From positions 1 to 64,000 of IMG/VR virus record IMGVR_UViG_3300037067_013150: a stretch of 64,000 nucleotides of DNA; one strand, written 5' to 3'. Position numbers and translations under genes: made by a program. The notes under the pieces were generated by a model, which was not told where the DNA came from, did not search any database, and saw only the letters and a list, made by a program, of their open reading frames with translations. The stretch comes from a virus (lineage: Duplodnaviria; Caudoviricetes). Shown one piece after another: positions 1-9,912 of the stretch (positions are counted from its first letter, which is position 1; the number at the start of each line of letters is the position of its first letter).

Positions 1-2
1 GT

Positions 3-797
3 GGAACAGTAACTGAAACTGGTGGAGAAGTAATTATAAGAACTAATACTACTACAAGTGGATCTGCAATTATAAATTCAATTAGAAAAGCAAGGTATGT
101 TGCTGGATCTGCAAATCAATTTGTAAGTGTCGGGCATACTAGTTATGGTGTTGCAGGAAATATCAGAAGATGGGGAGCATTCACTACTACTGATGGTGTA
201 TTTTTTGAGTTAAATGGAACTTCTTTTAAATGTGTTACAAGAAATTCAAGTGTGGACTTAGGTACAAGTAGTGGCTACTTTGAAGGAGAAATTGGAACAG
301 ATTATTTACTAGATGATGGTTTACACAGATTTGAAATTTATTGGACAACACAAAAAGTATGGTTTGTAATAGATGATAAGTTAATTCATTCTATTACTCC
401 TTCCATTGTACCCTGGTCATCTACATTTCATTTGCCTATTAGAGCAGAAAATATAAATACGGGTATATCTAATGATATTGTACTCTATACACGCGGAGCT
501 ACCACAAGTAGATTAGGAAAAGCAGAAACGGAGCCTATTTATAGATATTTAAGTTCTGCTGCAGCTTATGTTTTAAAGTACAGTCCGGGTAAATTACATT
601 TAATATTTTCAAATGATGGTGCAACAGGATCAAGTATAACAGTATATGATAATACATCTGCTACTGGTACTCTTATAACAACTATAAATACAGCTAAAAT
701 AGCATCTCCAATTACAATACCAATAGATTGTGATTTTTATACTGGGTTGACAGTAGTAGTTACGGGTGTTGTAACTTGTACTATAGTATATGAATAA
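3..797 (+). CDS. 5'-truncated beta-rich protein, probably virion/tail-associated
   Basis: Frame is open from nt 3 (GTVTETGGEVIIRTNTTTSGS...) through the ORF-track segment 252-797; Thr/Ser/Gly-rich beta-strand composition. Function is inference. Confidence 0.6.
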   Translation, partial: GTVTETGGEVIIRTNTTTSGSAIINSIRKARYVAGSANQFVSVGHTSYGVAGNIRRWGAFTTTDGVFFELNGTSFKCVTRNSSVDLGTSSGYFEGEIGTDYLLDDGLHRFEIYWTTQKVWFVIDDKLIHSITPSIVPWSSTFHLPIRAENINTGISNDIVLYTRGATTSRLGKAETEPIYRYLSSAAAYVLKYSPGKLHLIFSNDGATGSSITVYDNTSATGTLITTINTAKIASPITIPIDCDFYTGLTVVVTGVVTCTIVYE

Positions 798-862
798 ATA
801 TTTTTAAATATATATTAATTTAAATTAATTAAAATAAATAATTATATTAGAAAGGTAATTTT

Positions 863-1642
863 ATGTTTTCTTGGTTATCTCAACTACCACAATGGTTTCA
901 AATTTCTTTTTCTGTTATTGCTCTAGGAGGTTCTGGTGTGGCACTTATTACTATAGGTAAGATTATTTATCAAGCTATAAAACTTGGTATAAAATGGAAA
1001 TCAACAAAAGGCACTTTAGAAGTTGGATCAAAAGATAAAGATTATACGACAGATGAATTAAAAAACCCCCATGCTACTTGTCCTTATCATACAGATATTA
1101 TATTTCTTTTAAATGAAAGTAATAAAATACAACATGAAAAACTTGTTAATCTTCATGTAAATCAAATAAGAGATCAAATGAATGTAGCAGAACAAACAAC
1201 AGATAGAATACGATCTTATATGCTTTCTAATTATTTAAAACTTTTAGAAAGTAAAGGATTAGATAAAATTGTAGGAAGTATTAGTTATCATTGTTATAGA
1301 TTAGTATTAAAAGACATTGGTGTTGAATTACTTAGAGAGATTAGACAATCTTTTAGGGAAAACCATTTTATTGATATGAATGATGTATCTTTTAATTCTT
1401 ATATAAGTAGTAAATTTGAGTTTTTTAGAAGTAATGCTAGTGAGCTAATTAATCAATATTATTTTTATGATAGAGATATAAAAAGAGAAGAGCTTTTTAA
1501 ATATAATATGGATAATATTCAGAAAATAAAAGAATTATTTTTCTTAGTATTTATTAGGGCTAAAGAAATAGCACTTGAATATAAACAAAAAGAATTAGAA
1601 TTAGATGAAAAACTTGAAAAATTATTAGAGAAATATGTTTAA
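863..1642 (+). CDS. Membrane protein with N-terminal TM helix (holin-like candidate)
   Basis: Hydrophobic stretch FQISFSVIALGGSGVALITIGKII followed by a soluble helical domain; follows a putative virion gene. Confidence 0.5.
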   Translation: MFSWLSQLPQWFQISFSVIALGGSGVALITIGKIIYQAIKLGIKWKSTKGTLEVGSKDKDYTTDELKNPHATCPYHTDIIFLLNESNKIQHEKLVNLHVNQIRDQMNVAEQTTDRIRSYMLSNYLKLLESKGLDKIVGSISYHCYRLVLKDIGVELLREIRQSFRENHFIDMNDVSFNSYISSKFEFFRSNASELINQYYFYDRDIKREELFKYNMDNIQKIKELFFLVFIRAKEIALEYKQKELELDEKLEKLLEKYV

Positions 1643-1830
1643 TCTTCAGGTCTTTGAATAGAATAATACAATTTAATATTTTTATTTTTTGCTATTAACT
1701 CCAAGACTAATAAATAATCTTGGAGTTTTTGCATTGTTGAGAAAGAATATAATACTGTATTTCCATTTTGAATGGTCTTTAAAAGAAAGAAAGGTTCGAT
1801 TCCGGCTTCATATTTTTCATGTAAAGGCAT
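1639..1830 (-). CDS. Hypothetical protein
   Basis: 63 aa ORF abutting the upstream minus-strand gene. Confidence 0.65.
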   Translation of the reverse strand: MPLHEKYEAGIEPFFLLKTIQNGNTVLYSFSTMQKLQDYLLVLELIAKNKNIKLYYSIQRPED

Positions 1831-1831
1831 T

Positions 1832-2392
1832 TTACCACCTATAATTTATAACTGCATCAATACCAGCAGAATACATAGATTTATCTATAGCACCATAAGC
1901 TCTTACTTGGGGGCCAAATCCGAAGTTTCCCCACCAATGGGTATAAGATATATTAGCTCCAACTAATGGAGTAAATTTTTTATTTAAATTATCATAAGTA
2001 AATAATAAACCCAATCCAAATCCTATTTGATTTTTAAGAGTAGGACAACTAAATATTAGATCAAAGTTTTTAATAGTTTGTACATAATGTGTTTTAGCAG
2101 TAACTTCTATCTTTTTATTATTAATCATTTTTGCAGATAGATCTATAGGATCATTATATTTAGGATCTTTAATAATTATTGTAGTCTTTTCTTTTGGTTT
2201 CTCACTTGGTTTAATTTCTGTTGGTGCTGTAGGTTTACAGGTTTTTGTTCCTAAACAATAAAAACCCAAATCATTAACTCCAAGTATAACTATACAAATT
2301 GATCCAATTATTAATACTTTTTTCCATGTTGCCATAGATGCTAATTTAGTTGGTATTGCTTTAAATGCATCTAAAAATTCTTGTTTTGTCAT
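1832..2392 (-). CDS. Membrane-anchored protein with C-terminal amphipathic beta-strands (spanin-like candidate)
   Basis: Start moved to MTKQEF (GGAG upstream); TM KKVLIIGSICIVILGV, Pro/Lys linker, four alternating beta-strands ending in YRW. Confidence 0.5.
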   Translation of the reverse strand: MTKQEFLDAFKAIPTKLASMATWKKVLIIGSICIVILGVNDLGFYCLGTKTCKPTAPTEIKPSEKPKEKTTIIIKDPKYNDPIDLSAKMINNKKIEVTAKTHYVQTIKNFDLIFSCPTLKNQIGFGLGLLFTYDNLNKKFTPLVGANISYTHWWGNFGFGPQVRAYGAIDKSMYSAGIDAVINYRW

Positions 2393-2488
2393 ATTATTTA
2401 TCTCCAGAAAGTACAAATTTTCTATACTTATTATAGGAAGTAAGTATATAATAATAATGTACTGAAGATAGTTAATATTAAAGCAAAT

Positions 2489-2656
2489 TTATTTATTATT
2501 TTTTATTATTTCTTCCATTCCTTTAATAAACAACTCCAAATTACTACCCATAATAGTCATGTTCTTTTTCTTAACAATTTCCTTATATTGTTCATATAAA
2601 GGAAACTTATCTTTAGTAAGTGATATTAAGATATCATGCTTAGTTTTATTTTTCAT
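2489..2656 (-). CDS. Small protein, ribbon-helix-helix-like
   Basis: 55 aa MKNKTKHDILISLTKDKFPLYEQYKEIVKKKNMTIMGSNLELFIKG..., missed by track; GGAGG upstream; ATGA overlap with the upstream stop. Confidence 0.55.
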   Translation of the reverse strand: MKNKTKHDILISLTKDKFPLYEQYKEIVKKKNMTIMGSNLELFIKGMEEIIKNNK

Positions 2657-3195
2657 ACAGCCTCCTTTATGGGATCGATTCTGGCTTTAGCTTTCTTATC
2701 AGCCCACATCTTTTGCATACGTTCTCTACGTTGTTGTCTTACTTCTTCTGATATAACTCGTTTTTGTTTCTCTTTAGGTTTATTATCTATATAACCTTCA
2801 GATGGTGTTTCTTCATATGTTTTAATAATTTTACCATTTCTTGATCGTCCTACAGTAAGAGTACCATTCATAAAATCTTCTTTTTCTTTTTCTTTTTTAC
2901 TTTTCTTTTTAACATCTTCCATAACAGCAATTTCTACCATTTTATTCATTAGTATAACATATTCAGATGTATCATTTATATCCACTATTTCTTTACATTC
3001 TATACATTCAATAATATCAAATATCTTTTTTTGTTCAATAAAATTTATAGCTTTATCATATAATTCTTTTGATATTTTATTAATAGATTTCTTATCATTT
3101 ATATAAATTTGTCTACTTTCTATATAAAATTTTGTTGGTGAATCATTAAGAGATTTATATGACATTTCTAATTTACTATTACATTTTGGACACAT
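2653..3195 (-). CDS. Hypothetical Zn-finger protein with basic C-terminal tail
   Basis: CPKC and CIEC pairs; start at MCPKC after GGAG. Confidence 0.75.
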   Translation of the reverse strand: MCPKCNSKLEMSYKSLNDSPTKFYIESRQIYINDKKSINKISKELYDKAINFIEQKKIFDIIECIECKEIVDINDTSEYVILMNKMVEIAVMEDVKKKSKKEKEKEDFMNGTLTVGRSRNGKIIKTYEETPSEGYIDNKPKEKQKRVISEEVRQQRRERMQKMWADKKAKARIDPIKEAV

Positions 3196-3196
3196 T

Positions 3197-3607
3197 TTAT
3201 TTACTCCCATTGGTTTTTTTAAATATATAATCTAATTCTTTTTGAGTTATTGTTGTAATAAAATAACCATCTCCAATCATAGATAGAAATGTTATTTGAT
3301 ATAATTTATCTGAATTTGTATTTTCAATTGGTTCAATTAATATACGATCAATTTTAGCATAAGGATCTTTATCTATTAAAACTTTTCCATTTAATTGTTT
3401 AAGCTTATCTAATACTATTAAATTTATTATAATACTAAATAGTAGTATAAAATAACAAACATATTTCATTATTAATATAATTATTTTCTTTTTATAAAAT
3501 GGTATTTTAATTTTAAGAATATAAAATATATTTAATATTTTTATTCTAATAAATATTAATAATTTAAGTATTATTATATATATATTATACATTGTTTTAT
3601 ATTTCAT
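3197..3607 (-). CDS. Hypothetical membrane protein (true start may be 3469)
   Basis: Hydrophobic segment YVCYFILLFSIIINLIVL. Confidence 0.65.
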   Translation of the reverse strand: MKYKTMYNIYIIILKLLIFIRIKILNIFYILKIKIPFYKKKIIILIMKYVCYFILLFSIIINLIVLDKLKQLNGKVLIDKDPYAKIDRILIEPIENTNSDKLYQITFLSMIGDGYFITTITQKELDYIFKKTNGSK

Positions 3608-3615
3608 ATGTTTTC

Positions 3616-4035
3616 CTATGTTGATAATTTTTTAATTTCATCATACTTATCTAATATTTCTATAGTTTGAGATTCCATTAATTCTTTTATTTGTTTTGCA
3701 TGGAAATTAATATCAGATATAATTTCTTTATAATTATCTTTAAACAAGTTTTTAGCTTGTGGTGTTTTAAGAAACTCTATTATTTCTTCAAGATTATTTT
3801 GATCTTTTTGTAAATCTCTATTATTTTGTTTTAATGATATTAACTCAGATTGTTTCTTATTACGATTACTCATTATTTGACTTATAAGAATCATTGCAAA
3901 TCCACAAGAACCTGTCATGATATAAAAGAATATAGATAAATATCCTTCTGTTACTTCTCCTAATTTATAAAATAAAAGAAAGGCTATTGCAAACATAGTA
4001 ATTGTAAATAGATCTCTTTTACTTTCTGTACTCAT
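3616..4035 (-). CDS. Hypothetical 2-TM protein with coiled coil
   Basis: Two hydrophobic helices, then heptad-like segment. Confidence 0.8.
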   Translation of the reverse strand: MSTESKRDLFTITMFAIAFLLFYKLGEVTEGYLSIFFYIMTGSCGFAMILISQIMSNRNKKQSELISLKQNNRDLQKDQNNLEEIIEFLKTPQAKNLFKDNYKEIISDINFHAKQIKELMESQTIEILDKYDEIKKLST

Positions 4036-4373
4036 ATATCCTCCTGTATAATATTATTAATTCTTCGTATTTGATCTAAAGATAAAGAACATCTACCGTA
4101 TCTTTCAAAAATTTTTCTTATATTTTCAACTTTGGTAAAATACTCTGTTTCTTCTTCAATTTCTTTCATTGATTCATACACAATGAAGTTAGAACTATAC
4201 TCAGAAATGTCTCTTTTTTCTTCAATAGAAAATTTATATCTGTAATATCCCTTAAGATAAAAATATTTATTTCCTACCTTTTCTATTGTTTCTTCGGTAA
4301 CTAAATCTTTTTCATCTCTACGACGAGCAGCATTACCTACTCTTTTCACATAAACAACTTGTCCTACTTTCAT
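4032..4373 (-). CDS. Hypothetical protein
   Basis: Packed co-directional ORF; no family recognised. Confidence 0.8.
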   Translation of the reverse strand: MKVGQVVYVKRVGNAARRRDEKDLVTEETIEKVGNKYFYLKGYYRYKFSIEEKRDISEYSSNFIVYESMKEIEEETEYFTKVENIRKIFERYGRCSLSLDQIRRINNIIQEDI

Positions 4374-4381
4374 AAAACCCC

Positions 4382-4579
4382 CTAAATTTTTATTCTATAA
4401 TTCAAGGCCCAATTTTGTATAGCTTCTAGAATATATGCATAATAAAAAACATGTCCTCTATGGCATATTCTTTTTTGTATACCCCATATCATTGTCCACT
4501 CTGCTTTTGAAATACTACCACATTGAGGACATTTTATCTTTTCATACTTTTTTCTTGTTTTATACTGTGTAGATATCAT
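4382..4579 (-). CDS. Zn-ribbon hypothetical protein
   Basis: CPQCG...CHRGH. Confidence 0.75.
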   Translation of the reverse strand: MISTQYKTRKKYEKIKCPQCGSISKAEWTMIWGIQKRICHRGHVFYYAYILEAIQNWALNYRIKI

Positions 4580-4782
4580 TAAACCTCCCTATTAGATAAT
4601 AGTTCTTTAACTAAAGGATTTTTATATTCATCTGGAAATTCAGTTAAATAAAATTTAAATACCTCTTCCCAATCAATAATAGATAATGAAAAAAGTATAT
4701 GTCTTATAAAAAATTCATTTTGTTTTGGTATCTTTTCAGCCACTAAAATTTTAATAGCATTAATTTTTTCTATGGGTAGCAT
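4579..4782 (-). CDS. Hypothetical protein
   Basis: Packed co-directional ORF. Confidence 0.75.
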   Translation of the reverse strand: MLPIEKINAIKILVAEKIPKQNEFFIRHILFSLSIIDWEEVFKFYLTEFPDEYKNPLVKELLSNREV

Positions 4783-4800
4783 TAAATTTTCTCCTTTAAT

Positions 4801-5136
4801 CTATTTTTTACCTTTTTTCCATTCTATAAATAATCTTTGAAATTCTCTTTCCGTATATTCCTGTTTAGTTTTAAGTTCTTTTTCTTCTAAATCAGATTTA
4901 TATTCAGTTACCAATTCATCTACATTTTTTGGTATAATTCTTTCTGATATATTATAAATTGCTCTCCCAGCTTTATAAGTAATAAATATAAAAGGAGTAA
5001 GTAGTATAGTAATTATCTTTGCTAATATTTTACTAAAACCATAAATAAATACAGCAGTAAAAAATTCACCTTTCATTTTATTCAAAGTACCCTTATTAAA
5101 ACTTGATTGATATTCATTATAATCATTTGTATACAT
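4801..5136 (-). CDS. Hypothetical membrane protein
   Basis: Central hydrophobic helix. Confidence 0.75.
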   Translation of the reverse strand: MYTNDYNEYQSSFNKGTLNKMKGEFFTAVFIYGFSKILAKIITILLTPFIFITYKAGRAIYNISERIIPKNVDELVTEYKSDLEEKELKTKQEYTEREFQRLFIEWKKGKK

Positions 5137-5141
5137 AATAA

Positions 5142-5303
5142 TTACCCCAAATTTATAAACATTTTTAATAGAAATATAGAAATTGCTACTTTAATAAGAA
5201 ACCTAAATACTGTACCTAATATAGCTGACATTGCTGTATACATACCTAGAAAATTAACAAATCCTTCTACTTTTGTTCCTAATTTCCTATTTACTTCCTT
5301 CAT
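5142..5303 (-). CDS. Small membrane protein (53 aa, not in track)
   Basis: MKEVNRKLGTKVEGFVNFLGMYTAMSAILG...; GGAG upstream. Confidence 0.65.
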   Translation of the reverse strand: MKEVNRKLGTKVEGFVNFLGMYTAMSAILGTVFRFLIKVAISIFLLKMFINLG

Positions 5304-5373
5304 TTAATTTCTCCTTTGATGTACTATTAAAATGTTTAAAAAAACATTTTTAATCTGAACAAATAAATTTTTG

Positions 5374-5628
5374 TTATATGTTCCTATCCTCTTCCTCCTT
5401 CTCTGATGGCGACAGGATCAAAGAAAAACTTGCCAATGATTTTCTAATCTGTATTCCATCGCCTTCATATGATTTATTTTCCCTTAAAACCGTATTGGTT
5501 TCTCCATCAATTATTATTCCCGATATCCATTCGTCATTAACAGATGTCACCTGTAAAACAAATATCCCCTTGCGATCATGAATAACTTTGTATATTTTTC
5601 CAACTTCAATATTCATTTCAATATTCAT
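5374..5628 (-). CDS. Hypothetical protein
   Basis: Start moved to MNIEMNIE after GGAGG. Confidence 0.75.
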   Translation of the reverse strand: MNIEMNIEVGKIYKVIHDRKGIFVLQVTSVNDEWISGIIIDGETNTVLRENKSYEGDGIQIRKSLASFSLILSPSEKEEEDRNI

Positions 5629-5971
5629 CCCCTTCCTCCTTCCCCGATGGCGGGGCGGCAAAATCTGGTGGGCTTAATATCTGCCATGCAATAACCATTC
5701 CTTCCATAACCGGGTATTCAGTTTCCCAATGGTCCCTATATATTTGATTGACATAATCCCCCCGATCGGTGAAGGTTGAGCAATACGTTCCCCTCGCCGG
5801 CAACTCCTCCCGCACATCCCTCCAATCGTAATATTTACATTTCATTTCTTTATCATTTAATAATCTGTGTATTTCTTCAATCTTTTGAGTTAATTCTAAC
5901 GATAGTCTTTCATATAGCCATTCATCAGATTTACCCGGCCATATTTTTCTGGCATCAATTAATTTAGTCAT
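5618..5971 (-). CDS. Hypothetical protein, DUF551-like C-terminus
   Basis: W-x-D-V-x-EELP ... VIAWQxLxxP pattern; locally higher GC. Confidence 0.6.
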   Translation of the reverse strand: MTKLIDARKIWPGKSDEWLYERLSLELTQKIEEIHRLLNDKEMKCKYYDWRDVREELPARGTYCSTFTDRGDYVNQIYRDHWETEYPVMEGMVIAWQILSPPDFAAPPSGKEEGDEY

Positions 5972-6164
5972 ATTAATCTTCCTTCTTATATATATATAAT
6001 TATTCAATTATTTAACTTCAATAAAAGAAAATATCCATTTTGATATATCCCATTTTCCTGAATCCATTGGAACAGATTTCCATACATATCCACCATCATC
6101 AGAATATAAAACTGTTCCGCATTCATGAGCATGTTTTTTATATACTTTTTGTATTTCATCTTTT

Positions 6165-6392
6165 TTATATATTTTTATTTTTTTCATTTTTTATCCCCAC
6201 AATTATTACTTCTTTTGCACTATCTTTTTTATAAGGGCATTCTGATGGAATTATATCGATATGATATGATTGACCAACCAAATTACACGAAATACAATTA
6301 TATGGCTGATCATACTCATTGTCACTATATTCCCATTCTGTGTAGTGCTCGCATTTATTTCTTTCACACCAATCATCATGCCATTCGCTCAT
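6165..6392 (-). CDS. Cys-rich hypothetical protein
   Basis: Start at MSEWHD; CERNKC, CISC, CPY. Confidence 0.7.
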   Translation of the reverse strand: MSEWHDDWCERNKCEHYTEWEYSDNEYDQPYNCISCNLVGQSYHIDIIPSECPYKKDSAKEVIIVGIKNEKNKNI

Positions 6393-6397
6393 ACTTT

Positions 6398-6952
6398 CTA
6401 CTCCTTTCTGAGTGGTAGAATGGGTATATCTCCAGAACATTTACATTCAGTATATTTACCATCATTACCCTCAATTATTATTTCATCTAAATAATATGGA
6501 CACTTCGTATAATATTCTTTATCATTACTTTTATTGTGTTTACAATCTCTCGGATGAATGGTTATAATATTAATTGGTTTTATAGGTGATGTTGAATAAG
6601 ATACATCCACAATACGTTCATAAAAAAATGTAGAACCGCAAGCACCACAATCTATTTCACCATCATCGTTTGTACACTCCCACGAATCCTTATTTTGATG
6701 ACCACAATAAGGACAAGTAATATATTTCTCAAACGTATATTCGTTTTTTTGTCCGGTAGAATCAAATTCAGTTTCCTCTACTCCCATAACTCCTTTCTTT
6801 TGACTTATCATGCAAATTCGATAATGCTTTCCATTATGATATATTATATTAGGAATCATAATCTGAAAATCTGGTAGTTCAAATAAAATCTTGTCTGCTT
6901 CGTAATTATAATCAGTTGCAAACATATTCATATTATATTTATATGCTTTCAT
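6398..6952 (-). CDS. Zn-ribbon phage protein
   Basis: CPYCG and CGACG pairs. Confidence 0.75.
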   Translation of the reverse strand: MKAYKYNMNMFATDYNYEADKILFELPDFQIMIPNIIYHNGKHYRICMISQKKGVMGVEETEFDSTGQKNEYTFEKYITCPYCGHQNKDSWECTNDDGEIDCGACGSTFFYERIVDVSYSTSPIKPINIITIHPRDCKHNKSNDKEYYTKCPYYLDEIIIEGNDGKYTECKCSGDIPILPLRKE

Positions 6953-7245
6953 TAATTTTCTCCTTCATTTGAATTTGAACTTGTATCTACAATTTGTTTT
7001 ACTTTTTGTAATGTATCATATCCATCTGCTTCTGGATCTATTATATTATTAGAATTAGACCAATCATTATAAACCATTAATAGTACAGTTTCAACTTCAG
7101 TAATCCGATTATAAAGTATAGATATTTCATCATAAAGTGCTTGTGATTCTCTATCTATTAATGATAATATTCTAATGGTTCCATAATCCAATTCAGATGG
7201 TTCATTATTACGAATTGATTCTGTATATTTTATAATATTATTCAT
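6952..7245 (-). CDS. Hypothetical protein
   Basis: Packed co-directional ORF. Confidence 0.75.
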   Translation of the reverse strand: MNNIIKYTESIRNNEPSELDYGTIRILSLIDRESQALYDEISILYNRITEVETVLLMVYNDWSNSNNIIDPEADGYDTLQKVKQIVDTSSNSNEGEN

Positions 7246-8417
7246 TATATGATCTCCTTAATATAACCCCATTCAACCATTATTTGATATACTTGTCTCA
7301 TATCTTTCTTATCAAACCATTGAGATAATTGTCTCATAATAAATCCTTTATCTCCATCCGTATCAATTAGCTTGCTGCAATCTGCAACCTTTTGTCTAAA
7401 CAAGATTTTAGCTATACCAATTTGTATATCCTTTTTAATACGTTCCCAAGACTTATCAATTTGAAGTTGAGAATACTCTTCTTTGAGCAATTCAATTACA
7501 TGATTAAAGAAAGTCTCTGTAGTAATATCATCTCCTGAGTAATCTTCTACTGCATTTAAAGTAGTATTAATAATAGAATAATGGGGAATCGAATCATTTA
7601 CCCAATGAATTGCTTCAATATCTTCCGGCTTGCATTTGAATTGCATATACTCATCTGTTTCTGTTTGAACATATAATACAAATCCTTCAGATCCAGATAC
7701 AGAACCATCCTCATTATGAACATTATTATCTTTAGCTTCTTTTCTTAACTCATCATAAAATTTAGTAATATCTGCAGTAGAAGTCAATTCCTTTAAACAC
7801 TCTAAAGAAGGTTTAACATCAAAAATTTGGGGTATAAGAACTAGATGTCTTGATTGTTCTACTCCAAACAATAAACGAGTATCAAGAGATACATCATATT
7901 TAATAAGTAAAGGATTCCTAGTACCATACATTTCAAATGATAAAGACCATTTCCCTTCTAATACATCTTTAGGTTTTCTCAAATCAGGATACATTTTAAG
8001 AACATCATTCCACATTTCCAAAAAATTACCAAATTTGCTTTCTTTAAGTATAGGAGTTAAACGAGTTTTAAAAGTAACATATCTTACATTATCTGCATCA
8101 GCATAAGAATATATACACACGTTCGTTCCATCTAATTTTGTATACACGTATACTCTTTTAAATTTAGGCCATTTATAATTTCTATCTCCTATATCTGAAG
8201 TAGAAAAGGGATAATGAAGTTTAGGTGTACAATAAATTACTTGGGGTTCGACTTCCCTTCCATTCACTTTATATATAACCAAAGCTCCATATCTATGATC
8301 AGAACGTCTACATAAATAACCTGATATTATATTATTATTATATGGATCATTTTCTTCAAAATGATTTAATTCATTATCTTTAATATCTAATAGTTTAGCT
8401 GCATCTTCTATATTCAT
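7245..8417 (-). CDS. ATP-dependent RNA ligase
   Basis: Nucleotidyltransferase motifs I (YTKLDGTN), Ia (FKTR), III (FEMYG), IV (SEGFVL), V (FKCK); close to Pnk. Confidence 0.85.
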   Translation of the reverse strand: MNIEDAAKLLDIKDNELNHFEENDPYNNNIISGYLCRRSDHRYGALVIYKVNGREVEPQVIYCTPKLHYPFSTSDIGDRNYKWPKFKRVYVYTKLDGTNVCIYSYADADNVRYVTFKTRLTPILKESKFGNFLEMWNDVLKMYPDLRKPKDVLEGKWSLSFEMYGTRNPLLIKYDVSLDTRLLFGVEQSRHLVLIPQIFDVKPSLECLKELTSTADITKFYDELRKEAKDNNVHNEDGSVSGSEGFVLYVQTETDEYMQFKCKPEDIEAIHWVNDSIPHYSIINTTLNAVEDYSGDDITTETFFNHVIELLKEEYSQLQIDKSWERIKKDIQIGIAKILFRQKVADCSKLIDTDGDKGFIMRQLSQWFDKKDMRQVYQIMVEWGYIKEII

Positions 8418-8427
8418 AGAATCCTCC

Positions 8428-8988
8428 TTAAAAATTATATCTCATTTTACAATTTATTTTTGTAATAAAAACTCTAGATAATCCAAATAATTCACCAATT
8501 TCTTTATGAGTATATTTTTTTAATTCTAACAATTTAATAATCTTATTATAAACATCTTTATTTATTTTTGCTCGTGAATTTTTATATCCAATATCATCTG
8601 TTCCATGTAATTTTTTTCTTAATAAATTATCTTTTTGTGTTTCCCACATTAAATTTAATGATTTATTATTTAAACAGTTTCCATCTAAATGAGATGCTGT
8701 ATATTTTTTAGTTGGAGGTAATCCATGAAAAGTCATACAAATGATACGATGTAAAGTTGTAGTAAAATATTTTCCTTTTTCTACTCTTAAAGATATATGT
8801 AAATAATTGTTATTATTTAATTTACGTGGTATTAGTTTTTTTAATTTATTTGTATCTATATGACTATCCTTTCCTGTAACCCAGGCTGAATAAATATTAC
8901 CATTTATATCTGCATAATATCCCTTATATACAGGAACAGATTTCATTATATTTTTATCATATTTAACCAGTTTATTTTTAGTTTTCAT
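8428..8988 (-). CDS. HNH homing endonuclease (NUMOD4-HNH type)
   Basis: VPVYKGYYADINGNIYS N-terminus; LHRIICMTFHG...SHLDGNCLNN...NLMWETQKDN; C-terminal HTH-like segment. Confidence 0.9.
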   Translation of the reverse strand: MKTKNKLVKYDKNIMKSVPVYKGYYADINGNIYSAWVTGKDSHIDTNKLKKLIPRKLNNNNYLHISLRVEKGKYFTTTLHRIICMTFHGLPPTKKYTASHLDGNCLNNKSLNLMWETQKDNLLRKKLHGTDDIGYKNSRAKINKDVYNKIIKLLELKKYTHKEIGELFGLSRVFITKINCKMRYNF

Positions 8989-8989
8989 A

Positions 8990-9901
8990 TTAAAAGTTAT
9001 TTCCTTTACAATCTAAACAGCATATTCCTAATTCATTTCTTACCATATCTACTACTTGTCTTCTATCATCCACCCAATATAAACAATTATATTGACCTTT
9101 AATCTGAGCATTAAACATCTCTTTCTTAACAATTGAATCCTTACGCCTATCTCCTGTTCTTCTCATATAAATAAAATCATAATATACATAATTCTCTTTC
9201 AACCATTTCTCTGTATCTTCCATACAAGAATCATCCCTACCAGAGAAGATAATAACCTTAAATAGATGTGGTTTATAATAACCCTTTCTAATAAGATCTA
9301 TAAGATTTTTAATTGGTGTATTAAGTGTATCTTCTAGTACCTTACCAAAATCATATGGACTTCTATCACAACGAATAGCTAAAGTAGAATCTACATCAAA
9401 AATAATACAATCACATAGATCTGGATTATATTCTATTTTAATATCTGATTGTCTCCTCTCTATCATATCATTAAGTTCTTTAGAATACTTATTCCATGTA
9501 TTAGTAAGTACCTTTTCTCCAATAGGAAAATCTCTTTGTTTATCTCGTTCAATAGCTTCTTCTAGTTTAATAGGAAATTCCCTTACTTCAAATTCAGGAA
9601 CTCCCAAAGCATTTAGTTCACAATATTTAATTATTAATTCTTTATCTTTATTAAAATCATCTTTATTAAGATTCATCTTATCAATAACTACATTACATTG
9701 TGATGAGAGAATTTGGAATATACAATCTATTTCTATTTTTGTAATCAATCGTTCATTATCTTTAGTAAACTTATATCCATTAACCATATGCCTTAAATCG
9801 TCCCTGCACACTCTTTTATAATCTTGATTCTTTAATATAAAATCTTTAGCCCATGTACTTTTACCACTCGCTTGCATTCCTCGCATAAACAAAATTTTCA
9901 T
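8990..9901 (-). CDS. pseT: Polynucleotide 5'-kinase / 3'-phosphatase
   Basis: P-loop GMQASGKST, RDDLR, HAD DVDST, SGR, DDRRQVVDM as in T4 Pnk. Confidence 0.92.
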   Translation of the reverse strand: MKILFMRGMQASGKSTWAKDFILKNQDYKRVCRDDLRHMVNGYKFTKDNERLITKIEIDCIFQILSSQCNVVIDKMNLNKDDFNKDKELIIKYCELNALGVPEFEVREFPIKLEEAIERDKQRDFPIGEKVLTNTWNKYSKELNDMIERRQSDIKIEYNPDLCDCIIFDVDSTLAIRCDRSPYDFGKVLEDTLNTPIKNLIDLIRKGYYKPHLFKVIIFSGRDDSCMEDTEKWLKENYVYYDFIYMRRTGDRRKDSIVKKEMFNAQIKGQYNCLYWVDDRRQVVDMVRNELGICCLDCKGNNF

Positions 9902-9912
9902 TTATTATCTCC

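Noticed and set aside
8428-8988. Group I intron housing the HNH gene
   Set aside because: Flanking genes are complete and the gaps are 1-10 bp, leaving no room for an intron core
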